Shown here in pieces: positions 36,201-44,449 of a stretch of DNA of 64,000 bases. The DNA is taken from NCBI GenBank assembly GCA_050084985.1, contig JBITNC010000001.1:77252001-77316000 (forward strand), in the 5' to 3' direction. The position numbers and the translations under genes are program-made. Position 1 is the first letter of the stretch. Every line of letters starts with the position of its first letter. The stretch comes from Nageia nagi. Its lineage: Eukaryota; Plantae; Pinophyta. The notes beneath the pieces were generated by a model. That model ran no database searches. It was given only the letters and a program-made list of their open reading frames with translations, and was not told the DNA's origin.

Positions 36201-39200
36201 AACTGAAGTTTTTGCTAAGTCATGAATCCTTAGAAGAACTTATTTATGATTGTGTAAGAAAGCTGACAACAACAAAATCATGAAATGAAAACAAGAAGAT
36301 GCAGCCATGTCAATTACATCTTCCAACTACAAGAGAAAAAAGTAAAACTTATTTATACATTTTCTCACAAATACATTTACGCCACAAACTCTTAATTTGG
36401 AAGGATATATTAAAAACGAACAAGAAGAGACTTTTACCGATTCAAGTAGTACTAGAATTTTGTCAATAAAGTCGTTCAAAGAAGAAGTTCAAATGTGTTG
36501 TTTAACCAACCCATGGTTTTCAAGTACTTGTGGCTGATGAAGTAACAAACAGCTCTGTTTGGAAACAACATAACTAGAAACTCTTCCTTGTTAACCATCT
36601 GAATTGTAGTCCATTGTTTTTATTCCTCAAACAACAGTTGCTTTGTGGGCACACAATGGCTTTAAACTTTGGGAAGGCTGTTTAAGAATATCAAAAAGAA
36701 GTATATTCAGCAAGGAATGTGTTGTCAGTTGTTTTATCACAATCCTCCCTTCACAAGTAATAGTTTTTGATAAAATAGAGAAGCTAATCGGTGAAAGGTG
36801 TCTCAAACTGATAGCCTAACTATTTATTATAAACGTGCAACACCAAAGTGTTGCAAGAACTGCACCAAATCAAAGACTACAATAAGGAAATATTTCAAGA
36901 TTCTAAGAGATTATCAGCATTTCAAGAACCAGATCATGTTATTTTGGTACCAAGCCCTAGAAAAAAATGCTCATATTAAACAGAGATGAATATCAGATCA
37001 CAGTCTCATTCAATCAGAGTCAAAAAGGAAAGACTGCCTACAGAACTCATGAGGAGGCGGCCACCCATGAGGTCAATACTCTAAAGCAAACCTTATATTC
37101 CACAGTATTTCCACCCATTCAATGGCTACAGCAGATTGTTGAAATACTTCAAAAAGGATTTCGGAGTGGTGTACTTATTCCTAAACTATGATTTTTATAC
37201 TTAGTAGTGCTCTGACTTGGATATTGGAGGCAACCCCTTTCAAAATGGAAAGTGCGCTTAAAAAGTACTGTCATCTCATTTTTAATCTCGTGGATTGTGA
37301 ATCTCTTAAGTTTACTTTGTTCTATTGGAAATCTTGCATTATTGATTATCTGAGAATATCTTGTGCTAAGTGTTTAATTGCTTGGCTGGAATAGTGCTTA
37401 TTTATTAATAATAAATGGAACAGTGCTATTATTATTTGATTTTGGTTAGATGGAAATGTTTTTCCAAGAGGAAGGGCATCTTAGGGTCCAACTCTAACAC
37501 ACTGGGTCAACTCATCAAAATGGATAAGCTCAGGCCCATTTATCCAGTATATTGAGTATCAAGGAAGTTGTTACCTGTTAGTATCGATGAAGAGAGGGTA
37601 TAGTAGTAGCGAGATTGTTATTCATCTTCCAAAATCCTCATAATTATGAATTATCTGATTTTAACTATGACACAGCCCCCTCGAAGTAAAAGAGTACACT
37701 TCTCGCATTTGGTTTTTTATTTAGTTACATATTGACATATTCTGCTATTGCTAATATCTATATATGCACCCTTATAGATTGGATCTCCACTTCATAATTA
37801 AGCTAATAGAAGACCTGCTCTGTTGGTTATTTGTGAAGGTGGTGGTTATTATTGTTCATCATAATTCATAAGAGTGGATTTTAACAGAAGACTAACCATT
37901 GCTAGGAAAGAGTAATAATTTGGGAGACAAAGTTGGCCACAACTATATATGAGAAGGAGATGGTGATTATCTTACATAAAAATAAGCGAAGGTAGCTTTA
38001 TTGGTTTAGAAATCATAACAGACCACGCTAGCCTCAAACAGTTGTTGAGAAAAGACTCGCTTCAAGAAAGCAATAAAAAAGGATGGCTGAAGTAACTGTG
38101 CAAGACAGCGCAATATCTCTTTTTAAGTTGCAAATCTAAAGAGATTGATTAAACAATATGTAGGGGTGGAGAGACAACTTGTTGGAATCGGATGAGAAGG
38201 ATAAGCACATCTTGGAAACAAAAAGCCTTTAACAAAGTACACAGATGGCCTGAAGTAGCGAGTATTCACTGAAGTCTTCCCCAACGGAAAGAAAGATGTT
38301 ACACAACGACATTATGGAAGGCAACCAGAACTACAAACTTTAAGCACAAATAAGTCAATAAAATAAGTCAACTTGCTATTAGCATTGGCTCAGGCTCATT
38401 AATCTAGGATAATTGACCCTTTAGCCCTACAGTTAGTTGCAAGTCAACAAGTTAAAGTCGACAGATGTCATTTGAATATTCTTCTTAATATTCTGCTTGA
38501 ATGTTGGAAGGTCACCTTAAGTCTAAAAATAAAGGACCGGATAATTGGATTGACATCCTGTGTCGAATATTCTGCTTTATCTTTTACTTGTAACCATTGA
38601 CAGGTCAACCCATCTCTACTTGCAGATGTTTTCAAATTCTGTTCTAGTCCAGATATATGGATCTATATTTGAATTATCTTGCAATCATTTCATAGAGTGG
38701 TGAGCTATGCACTCTTGTGGATAATTCACTTATATACATCTATTCCTCTATTTGAATCTACATTGCTAATATTTGAATAATTGATAGTCTTCTTTTTAGA
38801 ACATAATATTCCACCTCATTTGGGACATAAGATTGACACTAGCACAACGAGGGTCCCCAAGATCATACTAGAGATACTGGCTCAATAAAGAAAGTCAACT
38901 TCAGTATAAGTTCTACCATGATATTCTTCCCCATGTATTGTCAGCACTCTATTATAGGAATAAAAATCTTTGAGAAGCATGTTGGTCACTTCCATTTTGT
39001 CATTTATATATTATCCTGACAGAAAAAATTAACTAGCATTACGATTGTTTATAGTTGGCATCATCCTAATTAGTATCAGGGCATGTAGACCTTTTTCAGG
39101 GATGCTTTTTGCCATAGCAAGATTAAATATGCCTGATATCCAGGCACTGGCTGTCTGGCTATTCACTTTGGTTATGGATTAATAACATTGTTGCCCTTGC

Positions 39201-42029
39201 TTAACGGCTACTTTCCCAATATTCCCTTATAGACTCTGGTTTATGTTAGTAAGGCATGATCCTCTGGCCTCTAAGAAAGAGATAACGTTGCTCTGTGTAA
39301 AGTTTTGAAAAGGGTAGAATTAAATAACTTATTTTTGAATCCTGAAAATTTTGCAAGTTTAAAATCGAAATTGCAATGTGAGAAACAACATTTTCTTGGA
39401 TTCTGCAAATATTAGACAGATAAGACATCAGTAAAACTTTCCTCTAGCAGATGCAGTGCAACCCTGAGTAAAATATTATTTCACATGATATCAAATACAA
39501 ACTATTTGAATTTCAGAAGTTATAAAGGTTAAGGTCACTATATTAATTAAATAAAAAGAGAAAATGTTTTGTGGGTTTCCTTAATTTTACAGAAAATTAA
39601 AAAGTAAAAGGAAAAACTAGTTTCCAGCAATACTATTAGAAACACTTACTCTGGAAGGCTTTAATGCAGGTAGTGGGCGTACTTTAGGACTTCCTCTCTG
39701 ACCAGTAACTGAAGCTGGTGTCTCCTTTTCCAATGAAGGAAAGAGAGGGGTACCGGGTGGTGTGAGAAGCCTGTATGAAAACAGTCAGACAATTTAACAA
39801 AAATCATTCATGTAAATTGCATTAAAACATGTTGGGCAAGTGTATGTTATGCAATGAAACCTCAACATTGTTAAGGCATAACTGCTAGCAGATGATAGAG
39901 AAAAGGATACTTGATTTGATAGAAACATTTGTATGAATTAATCAGTTAATATTCGTCCTTAATTAATGCAAATGTAATGGACAAAGACTTGTTTAGACAG
40001 ATGAACAAATACTACTTGCTGAGATTCAGGAATTGAAACAGGACACACTTTCAGCTGGGACATCATCTGGGAATCTTGTTACCAGTCCATATTGGTCGTC
40101 ATTTAATGCACATGTAATGGATGATGAACATTTTAGATTCCTCAGCCTGCACCAGACTATAATGGTACAAGTATGATCCACACAGCCTCGTGTCACTGTC
40201 AGTACTCTGCATTCCTGCTGCGGTACAATTGTATATTTTAGCTGATCCACCACAATCCCAAACCTGATTGTGGTGACTTCGCTGAGGATAGCAAACTGGT
40301 ATATTCTTTCTCAAATATGCCTCCAGAATCACCACCCATAAACAGGTCACCATAATGCCTATTGACTCCGCACAGGAAAATACAATTCCAGTGGATACTG
40401 GCAAAATGACAAGGTCCCACTCTGTGGGAACAATTCCTGTCGAAATGTGCCTAGCATAGTTGACCCACCCAACATCCCAGTTTTGTGAGGTAGTCTTGGC
40501 ATACCTTACTAGGATACCAAAATTGCTCCCGCATATATAGGCCAAAGTCAAGAACCACGCAGGGAATCACTTACCCTACCTGTACAGGCATCAGATAATA
40601 GATACTACCTGCTAAAGTTCTTGGACAGGCAAGGATGCTAAAGTTCTTGGGCAGGCATGAAATTGAAACCAGAAACCACTCTCGGTAGCCTCTGTGCTAC
40701 TACAACACCGAGCTGCTCGCATTGAAGCCGAGAAAAACACTAACACTGGCTCTTGGCAATATCAAAAAACTTGGATGAACAACTTACTCCTGACCAACGA
40801 CCTGCTCAACCCTTGAACTAATTTCCATTTCTTAATGTCAAATTCTCTTTAACTCATTTCAACTAAATGTAAGGTTTTTCACATTCAAGAAGTTTGAACT
40901 GAATGCCTGAATGGAATGGCAAAATCTTTACTTCCATTCTAAACAAGTGCCCAGAGGGAACTGAACCACTAAGCCTGTTAAAATCTTCAGCAGACATGAA
41001 ATTGAACCCAGGACCTACCCTCTGCTTATAAATGCCTGAACATAATGGTAAAATATTTGCTAACATTCTAACGACTGCCTAAAGGGAACTCAATCATCAA
41101 GCCTGTTAAAATCTTCAACAGACTCGAAATTGAACCCGGTAACTACCATCTGATTTTAAAAGCAATGCACCAACCAGAACTTACGTGTGCTTTACCAGCG
41201 CTTGAACACCCTTGTTAGATTAATTTTCTTAAAGTTGCACTAAACCTCGAAACAACATTGAGGTATTTGCGCAGAAAGATCACGTCCTAATCAAGCCTTA
41301 ACACTACTTCCCTATTCAAATTTTAAAATTATGATACCATGTTGAAACTTCATTCTTTGCCTAATCTCAAATATTTCTTTCTTTGACCCTGACAAAACTT
41401 AAATGAACCGCTATGGTAACGAGCACACAAGGCCTAAAACATCTTGAACATACTAGTAAACCACAAATTGCTAAAAAGAGGCGAGCAAGTTGACCAATGC
41501 CCTTACCAGTCATAGTCATTTTTGTCCCCATCTCCATTCAGCAAGTCCTCGGACCCTGTTTTTTTCCTGGGCGGCGTTGCTTCTCCCATTTTATACGTAG
41601 CCGAGCTACCCGCATTGCTCCCATCTGCCACACAAACACAAACACAAAAAAAAAAAAAAAAAATCTTCATCACACATTGTACAAAAATGCCCCAAATACT
41701 TAGCCCAGAGTAAAAAAAACAACAGTCTAGAACCCATGTCTCACATAAATGCCTCGGATCTGGATGTGCAGAAAAAACAAAAAAAAACTGCTGAATGAGC
41801 ACCATACATACAGTAAAAGTGCCCAGTAAACATCCTACATACCACGTAGGGACTCCAGTTCATCCGAGCTGGGAAGAAGCAGCGTATTCCGCTCCTTTTC
41901 TCGCCTGCGCATCTCATAGAACAATGCCAGATCCTCATCTCTGTCCCTATCCCTTACCACGCTGCTCACACTGCGCCCCCTCCTGTGAAGTAACGAGGAG
42001 GGCGAAGACGTGGACCTAATATTCTGCAT
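2808..42029 (-). CDS. BPP1-like: BASIC PROLINE-RICH PROTEIN (BPP)-family microtubule-associated Ser/Pro/Arg-rich protein; join(42029-41843, 41624-41507, 39770-39650, 4544-3492, 3248-2808), 639 aa
   Basis: Hand-spliced exons give 187+118+121+1053+441=1920 nt, open frame, all introns GT..AG with matching phases (1,2,0,0). Family motifs recognised: [25 protein letters not shown]|[14 protein letters not shown], repeated [51 protein letters not shown]|DIRR (Arabidopsis AT2G40070-type family). The exact orthologue is not determined. Confidence 0.92.
3492..4544 (-). CDS. BPP1-like: BPP-like gene, exon 4 (SRPSTPT repeats, PPNLRT and [13 protein letters not shown] motifs)
   Basis: Acceptor ttttatttctgcag|CTC; donor ATG|GTATGC; 351 open codons. 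Confidence 0.93.
5336..5529. repeat. Tandem repeat, 2 x 97 bp, each unit containing GAACATT(T/G)TCTAACCA twice
   Basis: Units start at 5336 and 5433 and differ by a few substitutions. Confidence 0.85.
7855..7938 (+). mobile_element. ~85-bp tRNA-derived SINE-like fragment, copy 2
   Basis: B-box-like GTTCAAGTC followed by TCACCCCC; matches 498-582 in inverted orientation. Confidence 0.45.
9650..11710 (-). mobile_element. Highly decayed Ty1/copia internal region (protease and integrase remnants); boundaries approximate
   Basis: [12 protein letters not shown] resembles copia PR WYxDSGASxH; LRNDNEAEF...[21 protein letters not shown] resembles IN RSDNGGEF...PQQNGVAERxNRTxxEMxRSML; PR precedes IN; possible degenerate Met-PBS (TGGTATCTGAC) at 11710-11700. 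Confidence 0.7.
9929..10364. repeat. Near-perfect 217-bp tandem duplication
   Basis: Units start at 9929 and 10146; one substitution seen; 2-bp AA junction microhomology. Confidence 0.95.
12761..14339 (+). mobile_element. 5'-truncated non-LTR retrotransposon 3' end (RNase H tail + decayed extra ORF + A tail)
   Basis: GC-richer 1.6-kb island in very AT-rich flanks; begins [16 protein letters not shown] (resembles the LINE RNase H end YREGNxxADxLAxxG); ends TTGGTTCCCTAAAAACC...AAAAAAA; possible TSD AAAATATTA (12751-12759 / 14336-14344). Confidence 0.65.
13120..14100 (+). pseudogene. Decayed extra ORF of unknown function, copy A
   Basis: Translates across stops and frameshifts to [19 protein letters not shown]...[11 protein letters not shown]...[13 protein letters not shown]...HQGLFLVI; homologous to 26786-28160. 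Confidence 0.65.
15917..16937. mobile_element. Non-autonomous hAT-type DNA transposon (1021 bp)
   Basis: Imperfect TIRs CAAGGTTCCACA / rc CAAGGGTCTATA; 8-bp TSD CTTAATAA (15909-15916) vs CCTAATAA (16938-16945); many subterminal GGGAA(C/T)G / CATTCCC motifs at both ends; AT-rich core. Confidence 0.8.
20240..20725 (-). repeat. CRM 3' LTR (486 bp)
   Basis: TGATG..CATCA ends; 5 substitutions versus the 5' LTR, no indels. Confidence 0.95.
20726..20733 (-). promoter_or_regulatory. Polypurine tract (GAGGAGAA) preceding the 3' LTR
   Basis: Directly abuts the LTR TGATG on the - strand. Confidence 0.7.
20726..25381 (-). pseudogene. CRM gag-pol (GAG-zfCCHC-PR-RT-RH-IN-chromodomain) with a few stops and frameshifts
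   Basis: ATG at 25381; ORF pieces 24242-25243, 23259-24179, 21721-23280, 21268-21672, 20804-21358; zinc knuckle [14 protein letters not shown]. Confidence 0.93.
25391..25403 (-). promoter_or_regulatory. Primer-binding site for tRNA-iMet (TGGTATCAGAGCC)
   Basis: 2 nt inside the 5' LTR end at 25406. Confidence 0.95.
25406..25889 (-). repeat. CRM 5' LTR (484 bp), lacking its outermost 2 bp
   Basis: Aligns to 20240-20723 at offset 5166; the expected terminal CA at 25890-25891 is replaced by target sequence. Confidence 0.93.
25890..25943 (+). repeat. 54-55-bp perfect target duplication (second copy of 20186-20239)
   Basis: (T)TGCTGAGTTTCCCCTCAGTCGGGAAGGAGCAACAGATTTGCCACTATGGAAAAG flanks both sides of the CRM element. 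Confidence 0.95.
26786..28160 (+). pseudogene. Decayed extra ORF of unknown function, copy B, between LINE ORF2 and the A-rich tail
   Basis: MSSKQRK*EPQS...GKFIDRLQ...[25 protein letters not shown]...[34 protein letters not shown]...[13 protein letters not shown]...HQELLNIL, then a K/E-rich tail. Confidence 0.7.
28600..29770 (-). mobile_element. Possible very decayed LINE ORF1 fragment
   Basis: [12 protein letters not shown] and later Cys-containing segments loosely resemble DUF4283/zf-CCHC; weak. Confidence 0.25.
30499..31557. mobile_element. Solo LTR (1059 bp) with perfect 5-bp TSD
   Basis: TGTAA...TTACA termini; CTTGA at 30494-30498 and 31558-31562; no PBS or internal domain. Confidence 0.9.
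32040..32540 (+). repeat. Degenerate ~70-bp-period array with conserved core (GAGC)GATGACATCA(A/G)CA
   Basis: Cores at about 32053, 32121, 32193, 32261, 32330, 32400, 32450, 32521. Confidence 0.75.
32860..34420. mobile_element. LTR-like remnant, boundaries unresolved
   Basis: Starts TCTAACATCCC (resembles TGTAACATCCC); CTATATAAGG TATA-like box near 33464; composition similar to the solo LTR; no TSD found. Confidence 0.35.
34630..35270 (+). repeat. Minisatellite of mixed ~31-bp and ~57-bp units, core T(G/A)(C/T)TT(G/A)AGGA(C/T)(G/A)AGGCAGCAACCAT
   Basis: About a dozen cores visible; long units add GAGGAGTGGTG..GGCACACAC. Confidence 0.85.
37920..38100 (+). mobile_element. Decayed gypsy RNase H remnant
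   Basis: [12 protein letters not shown] resembles gypsy RH xTDHxSLxxL. Confidence 0.4.
39650..39770 (-). CDS. BPP1-like: BPP-like gene, exon 3 ([17 protein letters not shown]...LKPSR); absent from the ORF track
   Basis: Acceptor tttcatacag|G completes the split Trp codon; donor AGA|GTAAGT; conserved [14 protein letters not shown] motif. Confidence 0.93.
40611..41152. repeat. Dispersed ~54-bp repeats in intron 2
   Basis: AAGCCTGTTAAAATCTTCA.CAGAC..GAAATTGAACCC at 40971 and 41099; diverged copy near 40637; GCTAAAGTTCTTGG doublet at 40611/40637. Confidence 0.7.
41507..41624 (-). CDS. BPP1-like: BPP-like gene, exon 2 (DGSNAGSS...DGDKNDYDW)
   Basis: Acceptor after poly-T/TG tract (gtggcag|AT); donor TG|GTAAGG. 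Confidence 0.92.
41843..42029 (-). CDS. BPP1-like: BPP-like gene, coding exon 1 ([12 protein letters not shown]...[34 protein letters not shown])
   Basis: First in-frame ATG at 42029; donor G|GTATGT at 41842. Confidence 0.85.
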
Positions 42030-43151
42030 AAGTAAACCCAAATCTCTGCAAATAACAGAACAGAAAACGGAATCCTCGCAGACCCACAAACCTCCCAATC
42101 CTTAAAACTCTTCTCCCTACCCAAATCTGGAAATGAACGTCTGTACTACAAGCTAACTGAAGCTTATCCCCCAGTTCTGGATACTGAATCTCAAGCTCAG
42201 TTCCCTCTGCTTCTACAGTTCCAGTTCCAGGAGGCCCACAACAGAACCACCATTCACTTCTACCCAGTACAAACTGTATTATAAACTGAGATTTGGGGAG
42301 CTCAATCCATTTCCCTGGATGTTGGAGAAGCCATGGAAATTCTAGAAAGGTTGTTCACATGGTGTGGGACATGGGACAGGATTTGTGACCATGATTGACA
42401 AGGGAGTTTAACCTAACAGGGACGTGGTCTGGTCTGGCCTGGATAAAAGTTAATTGCAGTCAGAGGGTTTCACATGGAGTACAAAAAAAGAGAGAGAAAC
42501 CAGGTGGGTTTCTGCGGATCAACAAGATTCAGGTTCGAATCTTTGCATGGACAACTTTGGTGTGAGGTGGTAAAAAGTTGAAAAGGTTACTTGAGGTCAT
42601 GCCTTCGTCGCGGACTATAGTTGTGAAATATAAATTTAAAAAATGCATGAATTTAGGATAGGTTTGTGTCTGAGGGGTTAAAGTGATGTTTAAGTTTGTT
42701 CCTTATTAACAATTAATTATATTTATATTAAATTTTACAATATTTTAATATTAAGACAACATTATTTATAGGTTTTACAAGAGCCGTTACTTTTATCCTA
42801 CTTATTGGAATGTACGATTTGGTAATAAATCGCATCAATTACTTAAATGAAAATCATCATATTCATATGAATATCATTTTTAACACATCTCCATATATTC
42901 ATGCATACAAAGGAAAACCTCTAATGAGTTTATTGATTCACCACCATAACTTATAATAACTTATAAGAAATAATAGATTTGTTGTAAAATGTCATTGTGT
43001 TTTAAGGAGATTTTGTATAGATTCATGTACATCTTTTGTTAAAAGATAGTGTGGGTTTAATTTTATTTTCTTGATAATTTACTTTTTAATTTCCCTCTAC
43101 AAGATGTGAAAGGAAAATTTCTCTCTTTCATAGTTTGAGAAGTAATTGCTT

Positions 43152-43592
43152 ATATTATTTGATTATGAAAAATTAAAATTGGTATTTATTTTCCTATATT
43201 TGAAACATTAGATTATTGTTTGTTAATATTTAATTTTTTATTTTAATTTTAATTTTAATTATGTTTAATGATATTAATATATTATTTAAAATGTAATATT
43301 ATTTGATTACGAAAAATTAATATTGGTATTTTCATATATTTGAAACATTAAAATATTATTTTGTTAATATTTAATTTTTATTTTAAAATTAATTTTAATT
43401 ATGTTTGATGATATTAATATATTATTTAAAATGTAATGTTATTTAATTATAATATTGTTTGATTACCAAAAAAATAATATAGTTATTTTCATAACATTAA
43501 AATATTATTTGTTAATATTTAATTTTTTATTTTAAATTTAATTTTGATTATACTTAATGATATTAATATATTATTTTTAATGTAATATTATT
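43152..43592. repeat. AT-rich tandem repeat, 3 x ~145-155 bp
   Basis: Units start ATATT(A/G)TTTGATTA at 43152, 43296 and 43452. Confidence 0.8.
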
Positions 43593-43714
43593 ATTTTCTT
43601 AAAAATATATCTAAGATATCTAAATTGATAGTGAAATTTTATTATTACTATTTTTATATATTTGAAATAGTAGGATAATATTTAATTTTTCATATCAAAT
43701 TTATATTCAATTAC

Positions 43715-43876
43715 TTACTAGCTTATATATTTCAAAGATATCTATCTAAAATGGTTAGAGGTATCAATCTTGTGGTATCTATCTTGGAAATAACTCTTCT
43801 AAGAAAATGAAATAGGCATCTTGAGATTGATACCTTTCGGTATTTTTAGATGTCTTTAATATATCTAAGCTAGTAA
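43715..43876. mobile_element. Foldback/MITE-like element, copy 1
   Basis: Outer inverted repeat TTACTAGCTTA.ATAT (15/16 match); inner AGGTATCAATCT / AGATTGATACCT. Confidence 0.75.
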
Positions 43877-44059
43877 TTATTTCAACATCTTGTAGTTTGG
43901 TTATAGTAAAGTTAATTGTTTATAGTTATTAGGTAAATACTAGAGACTTTAAATATTTATCCTATTACAATCGTAAGAGGATTTTAACAACAATTTACCT
44001 CGAAATTCAACAAAAACATAAATTAAGTTTGTAAGATTCATATTATAAGAAAATATTTA

Positions 44060-44226
44060 ACTAACTTAGATATCTTAAAGATATATATATATATATAAAT
44101 ATCAAGAGGTATCAATCTCTAGGTGCCTATCTTGGAAATCACTCTTCTAAGAAAAGGAGTTAGGTGCCTCAAGATTGATACCTCTCGATGTTTTTAGATA
44201 TATGTCTTCAAGATATCTAAGTTAGT
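44060..44226. mobile_element. Foldback/MITE-like element, copy 2
   Basis: Perfect 17-bp inverted repeat ACTAACTTAGATATCTT; inner GAGGTATCAATCT / AGATTGATACCTC; same core as copy 1. Confidence 0.8.
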
Positions 44227-44449
44227 GGCATTTATGGCCACATGATCATTCTGTAATAATATTTTTCAATACCATCGAAAAATTATTTAAATTTAATTAA
44301 AAAAATTACATAATTACATTGTTAATAAAGATTTGAAAAAATATTTTAAATAATAAAAGTTATTATGTTTACTAATTAAGATTTCATTGTTAATAATAAT
44401 ATTTTTTATGTAAATATGCATAGATTAGCTCGGGCCAATTATATCAATT

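Larger units (their letters stand above)
4545..39649 (-). other. 35,105-bp TE-filled intron 3 of the BPP-like gene
   Basis: GT at 39649, AG at 4546-4545; phase-0 join gives ...LKPSR|LLNHQ...; no other BPP-like coding sequence seen in between. Confidence 0.85.

Noticed and set aside
44225-44241. GTGGC..GCCAC mini-hairpin as Helitron 3' terminus
   Set aside because: No intact CTRR at the expected spacing; the adjacent bases belong to the foldback element's inverted repeat.
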